Source: an uncultured virus (IMG/VR IMGVR_UViG_3300020045_011964)
Taxonomy: Duplodnaviria; Heunggongvirae; Uroviricota; Caudoviricetes
Virus record (IMG/VR): IMGVR_UViG_3300020045_011964
Reading direction: 5' to 3' (one strand)
DNA: 64,000 nucleotides
Made by a program: the position numbers and the translations under genes. Of the stretch, positions 37,705 to 45,984 are shown one piece after another (the stretch's first letter is position 1; each line of letters opens with the position of its first letter). The notes under the pieces were generated by a model. The model ran no database searches, had not been told where the DNA came from, and saw nothing but the letters and a program-made list of their open reading frames with translations.

Positions 37705-39540
37705 TTAATACCCGGCCTCTTTAAGCCATTGCTGAATTTGATCCCCTGATGCTTTCGGATATTTACGTTTGTAATAATCCTCTGCTTCTTTCCGCGAAGG
37801 ACGCGCCGAAGGACTTAATTTCGGCACTTTATTTTCATTAATCGTCTGCTGATTCTTCGGACGCTGATAATTTCTGATCCGGTTAGCCGCTTCATTGGCT
37901 TTGGCTAACGCTTCGGTTCTCGATTTCTGCAAACCCGATATATCGCTTTCCAGTTTTTCAATCTTTTTGGCTAAATCACCCGATTCGGGAGTTGTCTTAT
38001 CCATCGCATCATATTGAGCTTTGGTAGATGACAATTCATTGGCTTTATCATTGACTTGTGCCGCCAAGAGGTCGTCCATCGTCATCCATTGTTTTCTTTC
38101 CGCTTCAAATTTGCCGAGTTCATCGGTTGCTTTATTTTGCGCTTCGATGTTCTCATTTTTGATTTGATTATTGGCAATCAGCAAGCGCATCCCGCGTTCC
38201 AAATCACCGACAATCAAAGCGTTTTCAAGTTCCGCCGCCTTTTGCTGTGTCAGCACGTATTTGTTGCCTGACGGAGAGGTGTATTCTCTCGGCATTTCAC
38301 TAACCCGTTTCGGCAGGGATGTGACGGGCTGCCAATCACCGCTTCCTTTTTTCGGTCGTCCGTAAGCCAAACCGTTTTCATAGCGGAAATCCCAATCACG
38401 GTAATCACCCGCTTTAAGTTTAACACCGTATCGAGATGCTTCTTTGACTTCATCTTCATCAATAACTTCATCTTTCCACGCCCTGTCTTCAAACTCTTTA
38501 CGAGCTTTTCTGCCCATTTCATCAGCCGATGTTTGCAGGTCTATGACACCCTTACGGTTCTTTATCAACTCATCCTGACGTTTGGCTTCTTCGGTTTCCA
38601 ATGCTCTTGCCTCACCGTATCTCCGCATTATCTTGGATTTCTGACGATCCCGTGTCATTTCTGCGTTCATTCCCGGCGAAAAGACCGAACCAATTCCGCC
38701 TGACAATGCCGCACCTATCAATCCTTCCACGCCAAGAGGCATCCCCGCTTCGATATACGACATTACCGCATCTCGGACACCTGTTCCGAAACGACGGAAT
38801 TTGCCTTTACGTATTTCAGGTTTGGTATTCTCTAAATCTTCGAGTTCCTTACGAATACGGGCAGAACCCGTTAATTCAGGTTCAGTCGTTGTTTTAGATA
38901 TGGGTGTGGTCGGTGTTTGATTAGACGGAATAACCCTCGGCCGGGTTGCCGAAGTATCTAATTCACTTTGTTCTAACGGAAAATTTAAGGGTTCTTCGGC
39001 AGTCTTATTGTCCAAAGAAGTTTCCGAAGTTAAATCTTCTTTTTTTTTTTGAGGTTTGCCAACCGCGCCGACACCGGTTGCAGGAGTATCACCACCCCAC
39101 TGAGGCATTTGCTGAGGTTGCTGAAAACCTGCATCACCACCCCATTGAGGCATCTGTTGTGGTTGCTGAAAACCGCCCCCTGCGGTGCTGACCGGAAAGT
39201 ATTTCTCAATCGGTATAGCCGGAGTCAGATTTGGATTAACGGTAGATTGCGGAATATTGGGATTAGCCGCAGGCATCGGCAATCCCATTCGGTCAACGTC
39301 ACCCGAACCCGCCATTCCCGCTAACGGTGCTTCCGCCTGATGTCCGCCTTCACCGCCGCCGAACAGCTTGTTAAGACCTTTGCCTAAGAACTGCCCGCCA
39401 AGCGCACCCAACGCTTGTCCTAACGGATTGCCGCCCTGCTGACTGTCCAAAGCGGGATTCCATTGAGCAAATTCCATCTGCCCAAAATTAGGTGTGATTA
39501 CCTGACCTCTCTGGTCAAATCTGTTAAAAACGCGAGCCAT
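37705..39540 (-). CDS. Ejection/DNA-transfer (internal virion) protein
   Basis: Gly/Gln/Pro-rich N-terminus and coiled-coil C-terminus; directly upstream of the giant protein. Confidence 0.6.
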   Translation of the reverse strand: MARVFNRFDQRGQVITPNFGQMEFAQWNPALDSQQGGNPLGQALGALGGQFLGKGLNKLFGGGEGGHQAEAPLAGMAGSGDVDRMGLPMPAANPNIPQSTVNPNLTPAIPIEKYFPVSTAGGGFQQPQQMPQWGGDAGFQQPQQMPQWGGDTPATGVGAVGKPQKKKEDLTSETSLDNKTAEEPLNFPLEQSELDTSATRPRVIPSNQTPTTPISKTTTEPELTGSARIRKELEDLENTKPEIRKGKFRRFGTGVRDAVMSYIEAGMPLGVEGLIGAALSGGIGSVFSPGMNAEMTRDRQKSKIMRRYGEARALETEEAKRQDELIKNRKGVIDLQTSADEMGRKARKEFEDRAWKDEVIDEDEVKEASRYGVKLKAGDYRDWDFRYENGLAYGRPKKGSGDWQPVTSLPKRVSEMPREYTSPSGNKYVLTQQKAAELENALIVGDLERGMRLLIANNQIKNENIEAQNKATDELGKFEAERKQWMTMDDLLAAQVNDKANELSSTKAQYDAMDKTTPESGDLAKKIEKLESDISGLQKSRTEALAKANEAANRIRNYQRPKNQQTINENKVPKLSPSARPSRKEAEDYYKRKYPKASGDQIQQWLKEAGY

Positions 39541-39545
39541 ATTCT

Positions 39546-40277
39546 TTAACTCCTACTATAATTAAACTTTTCCTGAAATAATCTTAGGTTCTCTTTTGCA
39601 TCCCAATTATGTTTGGGAATTTCCGTCTGATACTTCGGGCAAAATACTTTGTCACCTTTCGGGCAGAGGCATTCCAAACAAAGTGAAATCTCTCCCGTGC
39701 CAATCTTTGGATACTCTGCCTGATAATACTTCAAACCTTCCTTGACATCTTTTCTGGTCAAATCCCATAACGGATAATAATAAATGCCGTTCCCTGTTTT
39801 TGTTGTCTTTGCGTTTGCGACTCTGCCTGTCGTGTAATGCCTGTCGGCTTTCCTGATGCCCAATAAATTCAAAGCGAACCCAATCGGCGCAACCTCACAG
39901 AACGGTGAAAAATCAACATCTTCCATTGCACAGATCTTTTCGTTGTGAACAATGTCTTTTACAAAGGGTTTTATCGAACCGTCAATCATTTTATATTCTT
40001 CAACCACTGACACTTGTTTGCCGTCACCAATCAAATATGCGTTCATTGGCGGATATGAAAAAACGGTCAAATCGAACTTCCTGATAATTCCGGCAATATG
40101 TTTTTTTTGCTCTCTATTAAACGAATGATCAAAAACGACAATGGAAAATTCTTTTTTAAGGTCAAGTAAAATATGCAATAACAGTAATGAATCACTTCCG
40201 CCACTGAGAAACAATCCGACCTTACCGTGATAGGCGGTCATCAGAATTTCCAATTCGTCTTTGATGTTAGAGAACAT
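39546..40277 (-). CDS. PP-loop (PAPS-reductase-like) adenine nucleotide alpha-hydrolase
   Basis: LFLSGGSDS..LL; LG.RK.D; YPLWD.T..DV; Cys-rich C-terminus. Confidence 0.75.
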   Translation of the reverse strand: MFSNIKDELEILMTAYHGKVGLFLSGGSDSLLLLHILLDLKKEFSIVVFDHSFNREQKKHIAGIIRKFDLTVFSYPPMNAYLIGDGKQVSVVEEYKMIDGSIKPFVKDIVHNEKICAMEDVDFSPFCEVAPIGFALNLLGIRKADRHYTTGRVANAKTTKTGNGIYYYPLWDLTRKDVKEGLKYYQAEYPKIGTGEISLCLECLCPKGDKVFCPKYQTEIPKHNWDAKENLRLFQEKFNYSRS

Positions 40278-40518
40278 ATTTTGCCAATAAAAAACCAATC
40301 GCGACTCCAAATAGAATTCCGATAAACGCAAAAACTGCCACCCAAAGGAACACTATTCTAGCCACTTCTTCTGTGATTTCCCTACCAAAACTACTCATAA
40401 TTACTCCCTTTTACCGTAACGGGTAAATACAAATTCCTCATCACCAATTTTAATTTTAACTGATTTATAGTTGTCAATATTTATAACTAAATCTTCTTTG
40501 GTTTCATTTGCCATAATT

Positions 40519-41028
40519 TTATTTAATATTACAAAGCACTAACAACTCCATCAAAAAAGCAAAACACAGAGTCATCGCTGCCCCGCTTATAACCGAACCT
40601 AGCACCGATCCCCAAAATCCGCCACCTTGTTGCGTAGTCTGATTTCCTGTGGAAGTGCTTCCCGTTTGAACAAGTTGCGGTGCTGTCATTCCCGCCGCCG
40701 CTACTTTTCTACCGAACTGCTGATTCTCCGCGTCAAAAAATCCTTCATTCATTGCCCTGCCCTTATCAGCCGCTAATTTATGTAAATTTGACCGTAAAGA
40801 CTTCTCTTTAACGTCCTGATTGGTATATGAGCCAAACGGATCGTTATAGGAATTCTTTATTTCACCCTCAAGTTGTCCATACATTCCCTGAATTGCCGGA
40901 TTGATTGACACAGGCTTATTAGCTATATCTATGACACCCTGTATCTCCGGCGTGATAGGCGATTTCTCCCATCCATAGGATGCCGTATTGGTTTGCGAAC
41001 TTTTTGTCTCTTGTTTTTTTTTCGAGAT
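40519..41028 (-). CDS. Pilot/ejection protein, apparent ATC start
   Basis: SKKKQETKSSQT N-terminus, Thr/Gln tract and GGGFWGSVLG end; AGGAGG lies 6 nt before the in-frame ATC at 41028. Confidence 0.6.
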   Translation of the reverse strand: MSKKKQETKSSQTNTASYGWEKSPITPEIQGVIDIANKPVSINPAIQGMYGQLEGEIKNSYNDPFGSYTNQDVKEKSLRSNLHKLAADKGRAMNEGFFDAENQQFGRKVAAAGMTAPQLVQTGSTSTGNQTTQQGGGFWGSVLGSVISGAAMTLCFAFLMELLVLCNIK

Positions 41029-41066
41029 AACACACCTCCTTAACCCCTTGTGCTTATGGGGGGTTG

Positions 41067-41147
41067 TGGTAAAATATAAAAACGGCTCGGACAAGTGTTA
41101 CAAGCACTCTCCAAGCCTAACCAAAATCTACTAAAGAGGAGTAAATA
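41067..41147 (+). promoter_or_regulatory. HNH cassette promoter/leader (copy 2)
   Basis: TGgTAAAAT, AAAACGGCT-hairpin-AGCCTAACCAAAATCTACTAAAGAGGAGTAAATA. Confidence 0.65.
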
Positions 41148-41771
41148 ATGGCTGAAAACTATTTTAATCGAATCCACGCTGACCGTAAATCGCTTACGCG
41201 ACTTTTCTCTAAAATCACAATCAGTTCTGAAAACTTTTTCAAAGGCGTTCCTTGTTGGGAATCCATCACATCGCTTAGCACCGCAGGATACCCCCGCATT
41301 GGATTCAAAAAACGTGTGTGGTATAAATATAAACTCGCATATGAGATATTTGTAGAAATTACACCAAAAGGTTTGGAGATTGACCATCTGTGTCGTAATC
41401 GCCTCTGCTGGAACCCTGCTCATCTTGAACCTGTTACCCACGCTGAAAATATGGCGCGAGGCGCGCACGCTTTGAAAACTCATTGCAAATACGGACACAT
41501 ATTGCGCGAAACTAATAAAACTGAAAAGTTTCAAAAGAATTACCGAAGATGCCGAGAGTGCAACAATAGACAGATCACTGAAAAATATCATAGAGAAAAT
41601 CCTAACGCCCGCAAACTCGGCAACCGTATAGCAAGAACTTGTTGTGCCAACGGACACGAATACACTCAAGAAAATACCCATATCAATAAAAAGGGGTGGC
41701 GCCAGTGTAGGCAATGCAGACAAAAATGGGCAAATAAATCTTACCGCAACAAATTGGAAAAACTTTCTTAA
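41148..41771 (+). CDS. HNH homing endonuclease with two zinc-ribbon repeats (antisense to operon)
   Basis: CWE...GY...EIDHLCRNR.C.NP.HLEPVT.AEN; KTHCKYGH...CREC and C.NGHEY...CRQC. Confidence 0.92.
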   Translation: MAENYFNRIHADRKSLTRLFSKITISSENFFKGVPCWESITSLSTAGYPRIGFKKRVWYKYKLAYEIFVEITPKGLEIDHLCRNRLCWNPAHLEPVTHAENMARGAHALKTHCKYGHILRETNKTEKFQKNYRRCRECNNRQITEKYHRENPNARKLGNRIARTCCANGHEYTQENTHINKKGWRQCRQCRQKWANKSYRNKLEKLS

Positions 41772-41773
41772 CA

Positions 41774-42286
41774 TTAATTAACTATCTCCCATTTACTGAA
41801 ACTGCCTTTAGCAATCGCCAACTGCACCCATTCAAGCATCTTGTTATGCGAGAAACCCCGATACAGTTTAAGCATTGTCGGCTTAAAACCTATCGCCGCC
41901 ATCATCTTCTTAACCGGACGGTTTTTTCTCAGAACAAACGCATAACAGATTCTCATATTTCCAAGAAACTGATAATCTCTGATCTGGGCGATGACGGGGA
42001 TAACTTCCGCTAACTGACACCCTCTTTTCAAATCACAGTGAACGTTATAAACGCCATCTGCTATGAGTTCAAAATAGGCTATCCCCGACAATTTGTCCAC
42101 CCTTTTTTCATCCCGCTCAAATATCCCGTATAAATTCGCACAGTTTTGATAGTGCTTGACAATTTCATCTTCACCTGTTGTCCAGGTAGCAGACGCATTG
42201 CGGTAAAATTTCGGCATCGCCAATTCAAACCTTGCCGCTTCTCTCAGGAGCCTTGTTTCGGTCTTTTTTAATGGTCGAAAGTGCAT
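41774..42286 (-). CDS. GNAT-fold-like protein in the internal-virion module
   Basis: Position; A.V...N.PV.KM...IGF pattern resembles the acetyltransferase C-terminal motif. Confidence 0.5.
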   Translation of the reverse strand: MHFRPLKKTETRLLREAARFELAMPKFYRNASATWTTGEDEIVKHYQNCANLYGIFERDEKRVDKLSGIAYFELIADGVYNVHCDLKRGCQLAEVIPVIAQIRDYQFLGNMRICYAFVLRKNRPVKKMMAAIGFKPTMLKLYRGFSHNKMLEWVQLAIAKGSFSKWEIVN

Positions 42287-42397
42287 CTTTCTTTTCCCTG
42301 TAAATAATTGTCTGACATCTTAAACATCTCACCAGTTTGCCGACTCTGACCGTTAAATGCGCCGTTCTCATACATTCCACTGACGGATTGATGTCGC

Positions 42398-42682
42398 TCA
42401 TAATACATCCACGTCATTAAGTAACGATTCGTCCGTTGACCTGATTGGCGAAATTGACTCAGCCGTTTCAGCCGGATTGACGATACTGCCGGATTGATAA
42501 GAGAGCATCCCCGCACTTCCCGAAGTGCTTAAACCCGCACCTGAATTTACTCCCTGTGCTTCACCGATTGACGATGTTGCCATTCCCAAACTCATTGCCC
42601 GTTGCAGGCTAAGACGTGCATTTCCGCCTTGTCGGTAACGGTTTCTGATTGCAGATGGCAATGTAAATAGCGAATCTATCAT
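42398..42682 (-). CDS. Small virion-module protein with replacement N-terminus
   Basis: GGAGG RBS; MIDSLFTLP duplicated as MQDSLLNLP at 43389. Confidence 0.65.
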   Translation of the reverse strand: MIDSLFTLPSAIRNRYRQGGNARLSLQRAMSLGMATSSIGEAQGVNSGAGLSTSGSAGMLSYQSGSIVNPAETAESISPIRSTDESLLNDVDVL

Positions 42683-42717
42683 TTGAATGTTCCTCCGATA
42701 GTGTTATAATTATCAAT

Positions 42718-43368
42718 ATGAAAAAAGCTTTTTTGATTGGACAGCGTTTTGATAGATTGTTGGTAATTCAACAACTCCCTCCAAATGTGCATAAGAAAAC
42801 TGTGTGGCTTTGTATTTGTGATTGTGGTAATAACACCAAAACTATTACTCAATCCCTCAAACGTGGAAAAACAAAATCTTGTGGTTGCTGGAAAGATGAA
42901 TGTACGGCAAAACGATTTACCAAACATAATGAATCTCGAAACAAAACTAATCATCAAAAACAATCTTCTGAATATTCTGCCTATTGTTCTGCTAAAACTC
43001 GTTGCACTAATCCAAAATCTGAACGTTATTCTAATTATGGTCAAAGAGGGATTCAATTTTGCTTTAATTCTTTTCAAGAGTTTTTGGAAGAAGTCGGACG
43101 AAAACCAACTTCTAAACATACTTTGAATCGAAAAAATAATGATGGACATTATGAAAAAGGTAATGTCGAATGGGCTGATTTGATAACTCAAATGAATAAC
43201 AAACAAAATACAATTTATGTGCTTTACAAAAATCAAAAATATAATCTTAAACAAATTTCGGAATTGACTGGTATTCGGCGCAACGTTCTTACGGCCAGAA
43301 AACGTTATGGTTGGTGCGGAACTTGTATTGTAGAATTGTCTCATAAACAATCTTGCCAACATAGGTAA
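42718..43368 (+). CDS. HNH-type homing endonuclease (antisense to operon, leaderless)
   Basis: G.RF.RL.V...WLC.CDCGN...TKSCGC...RC.NP...Y..YG.RGI...HTL.R..N.G.Y..GNV.WA; TGtTATAAT 7 nt before ATG. Confidence 0.9.
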   Translation: MKKAFLIGQRFDRLLVIQQLPPNVHKKTVWLCICDCGNNTKTITQSLKRGKTKSCGCWKDECTAKRFTKHNESRNKTNHQKQSSEYSAYCSAKTRCTNPKSERYSNYGQRGIQFCFNSFQEFLEEVGRKPTSKHTLNRKNNDGHYEKGNVEWADLITQMNNKQNTIYVLYKNQKYNLKQISELTGIRRNVLTARKRYGWCGTCIVELSHKQSCQHR

Positions 43369-43398
43369 ATTTAATAACGAATCCTGCATAATTACTCC

Positions 43399-43929
43399 TT
43401 ATTTCTTAGTTCCGTGCGTGTCTATTTCGCACACTATCTCATCAATACGGTCAGCATCCCCAACTCCCGTCCACGTTCCGCTAATCCGAAGTGAGAACAT
43501 TCCTATGTTCTTCGGCCCCCCTTTAATCCGTTTATGACGTGTAACTTCCGTTGCATCGGGAATATTAACCTCATACTCTGCGCCTGTTCCCGCGTCTATC
43601 GTATCACGGTCAATCGTATCGGCTTGCTGATAAGCGTGAATCTGCACCTTACCGTTGTCCGTGGTCTTGCCCGTCACGCGGATTGCTTGTAGCCGCTTGT
43701 CAATATTTTCAATACCCAAATCCATCATTTGGAAGGCGATGTAATAATTTATATCGTCTCTATCCCCTACGTTTGGCTCGCTTTCTGCAAAAACAAAAGT
43801 ATCAATCCGAAGCTCAGAGGTCGGCGCAACTTCCCCGTCTGCTCCGGGCGATGTTTCCAAAAGGAAAGCATCTGTGCCGTTTTCGAGCAAATAATTATCG
43901 CCTGATTCCAAAAGTAAAAAGAAAGCCAT
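43399..43929 (-). CDS. Tail protein with N-terminal LLExG repeats; may be the detached C-terminal part of the nozzle
   Basis: FFLLLESGDNYLLENGTDAFLLE, then a beta-rich domain (MDLG...KRL..IRV.G...FSLRISG). Confidence 0.5.
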   Translation of the reverse strand: MAFFLLLESGDNYLLENGTDAFLLETSPGADGEVAPTSELRIDTFVFAESEPNVGDRDDINYYIAFQMMDLGIENIDKRLQAIRVTGKTTDNGKVQIHAYQQADTIDRDTIDAGTGAEYEVNIPDATEVTRHKRIKGGPKNIGMFSLRISGTWTGVGDADRIDEIVCEIDTHGTKK

Positions 43930-43938
43930 AATTAAAAT

Positions 43939-45984
43939 TTATGTTTTGGGTTTTAATGCTCCCACCCACGCCGCCCAATCGGTTGTTAAATCTTGCGTAG
44001 CAGTTGTATTACCAACTGAACCTGCTGTATCCTTATAACCACCGCCCACCGATAATGCCCCTTTATTTCCCGTCGGGGTTAAATTAACAGTATGTAGATT
44101 TATAAAAGGTAAATCAGCATTAACATATCCCTGCACCGGACGATTTGTATAATCAGCGTGTGCGCTAATAATTAAAACAAAACATCCATCAACAGTTGTA
44201 GTAATTCCTGTCATTGTCATTCCGGTTGATCCTGTTCCGGTTGAAGATTGCGTATCATCAAAAGGACTCCCAGATTCCAAACAGTTTTTCATAATAAATT
44301 CTCGTCGCACTGTATGGTTATGCGATGAAGTTATAACCGGAAACAACCGTTTGCCCGTCGCTCTTTTCCAAAAAACAAATAAACGAGTTGGATTTGCGCC
44401 TGCATTTGTAACAGGAGAGTCCGGTGCTGCTTCCCATCCCGGAGGATTTGTAATAGTAATATCTTTATCGGCTGCTGTTTCTAATACCATTATCAAAATA
44501 TCATTTGCTTGAACATCAGAAGGCAATTGAATTTGTCTTGCACTTGTAGCTTGTTCATAACTTGATGTGCCTGCCCCTTGATAGGTTGGGGCAACAGATA
44601 TATTTTGAGGTTTTAATGCGCCAACCCAACCGCACCATTCAACTGCACTCGCTTGAGTAGCAGAAAATCCACCAAGCAGTCCGGCAGTGGTTTTAATACC
44701 GTATGCCCCACCAAACCCGCCGCCTGATTGAGTTGAAATTGTATTATCCAAAAATTCGGTAACTCCGGTTAAGTCGCCATTCGCAAAACTACTAAAAACA
44801 GCAGAGGAACTAAAATCATAAGTTGTTCCCACTAATCCAATTACAAAAGCATTATTAAGTGTAGTTGTTCCTCCAGGCGTTGTTACTGCCGCTCCTGTTC
44901 CACCCGTATCATTATCGGTAAAATCAAAAGGACTCCCTGTTTCTACACACCCTCTAATATTGAACACTATTCCTAAAAAATGTTCACCGGGATCGGGAAC
45001 TAATGGTTCAATTTCTTCGGTTTCTGCCCATCGCTTCCAAAATAGTGTTAATCTTGTATTGGTATTGATTACCGGTGTATCTGGCGCATCTTGCCAATCA
45101 GTGTCCCCGTGTGTTACCGGCCCGTCACTTGTTTCAAATACCCATAAAATTATATCCCCGGATTGTAAGCGATTATATAAAGTAAAACTATCGTCACTTC
45201 CGCCTGTAAAATCAAGTGACGGACAAAAATGAGTAATAACATTTGTTTCCCCTTTTAATGCGGCTGTCCAAGTAGCATAAGGCCCGGTAATTGCTTGTCT
45301 TTGAGGGGTAGTTAAATCATCAGTTGTTTGCAAGGCGGTTGTCGCGCCAATTGCACCAGGGTTTGCTTTATATCCAAATGCTGTGCCTAACGCCCCCCGA
45401 TTTCCTGCAAAGCTATTATAAGTTGTGTGCCAATTCCAAAAATTAAACAGATTAGTATTAACATAATCATCCAATTTAGAATTATTGGCATCTTGCCCAA
45501 GTGCTGCCGCCATCACAATAAATTGATTATCTTCATCAGTAGTGACATCACCAAAAGTAACTGTTGAAGTTCCGTTTCCGGTGCTGACTTCTGTATCTGC
45601 AAAAGGATCACCTGTTCGTAGAACTCCGCGAAACCATTGAAGCCAAACAACACAATGATCTGAATATGTCCAAGTTAAATCAGCTTCACTTAAAGTGGTC
45701 ATCCGTTTCCAAAACACATAAAGACGTAAATTATTTCCAACATTAATAACGGGCGAATTCGGTGCAGCCGTCCATCCTGCCGGACTTGTAATTGTAATAT
45801 CGGCATCAGTTGTTTCAAAAAATAATAGTAATAAATCATCTTCTTCAAAAGTAGCCAGATTATTGAGATCATCTCTTGTTAAAGTCAAAGAAGTTACGTC
45901 AAAATTCGTTGCGCTGGAAACAAAAAAAACTTTTTGTTGATCTAACTCAGCACTAACAAACATTGGCCTTCTAAATACTTGCAC
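43939..45984 (-). CDS. Virion surface / receptor-binding protein with three internal repeats
   Basis: D....FET...P.GW..AP.SPV.N...RL..FWKR motif occurs three times. Confidence 0.65.
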   Translation of the reverse strand: MQVFRRPMFVSAELDQQKVFFVSSATNFDVTSLTLTRDDLNNLATFEEDDLLLLFFETTDADITITSPAGWTAAPNSPVINVGNNLRLYVFWKRMTTLSEADLTWTYSDHCVVWLQWFRGVLRTGDPFADTEVSTGNGTSTVTFGDVTTDEDNQFIVMAAALGQDANNSKLDDYVNTNLFNFWNWHTTYNSFAGNRGALGTAFGYKANPGAIGATTALQTTDDLTTPQRQAITGPYATWTAALKGETNVITHFCPSLDFTGGSDDSFTLYNRLQSGDIILWVFETSDGPVTHGDTDWQDAPDTPVINTNTRLTLFWKRWAETEEIEPLVPDPGEHFLGIVFNIRGCVETGSPFDFTDNDTGGTGAAVTTPGGTTTLNNAFVIGLVGTTYDFSSSAVFSSFANGDLTGVTEFLDNTISTQSGGGFGGAYGIKTTAGLLGGFSATQASAVEWCGWVGALKPQNISVAPTYQGAGTSSYEQATSARQIQLPSDVQANDILIMVLETAADKDITITNPPGWEAAPDSPVTNAGANPTRLFVFWKRATGKRLFPVITSSHNHTVRREFIMKNCLESGSPFDDTQSSTGTGSTGMTMTGITTTVDGCFVLIISAHADYTNRPVQGYVNADLPFINLHTVNLTPTGNKGALSVGGGYKDTAGSVGNTTATQDLTTDWAAWVGALKPKT

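Noticed and set aside
27014..39324. Numerous 60-166 aa ORFs inside the ejection genes
   Set aside because: Off-frame or antisense shadows of long genes, with no independent signals
25428..43389. Antisense ORFs 25428-26291, 41040-41774, 42679-43389 as conventional functional proteins
   Set aside because: Composition (Phe/Ser/Ile-rich) simply mirrors the HNH codons. Their openness is treated as a signal, but no product function is supported
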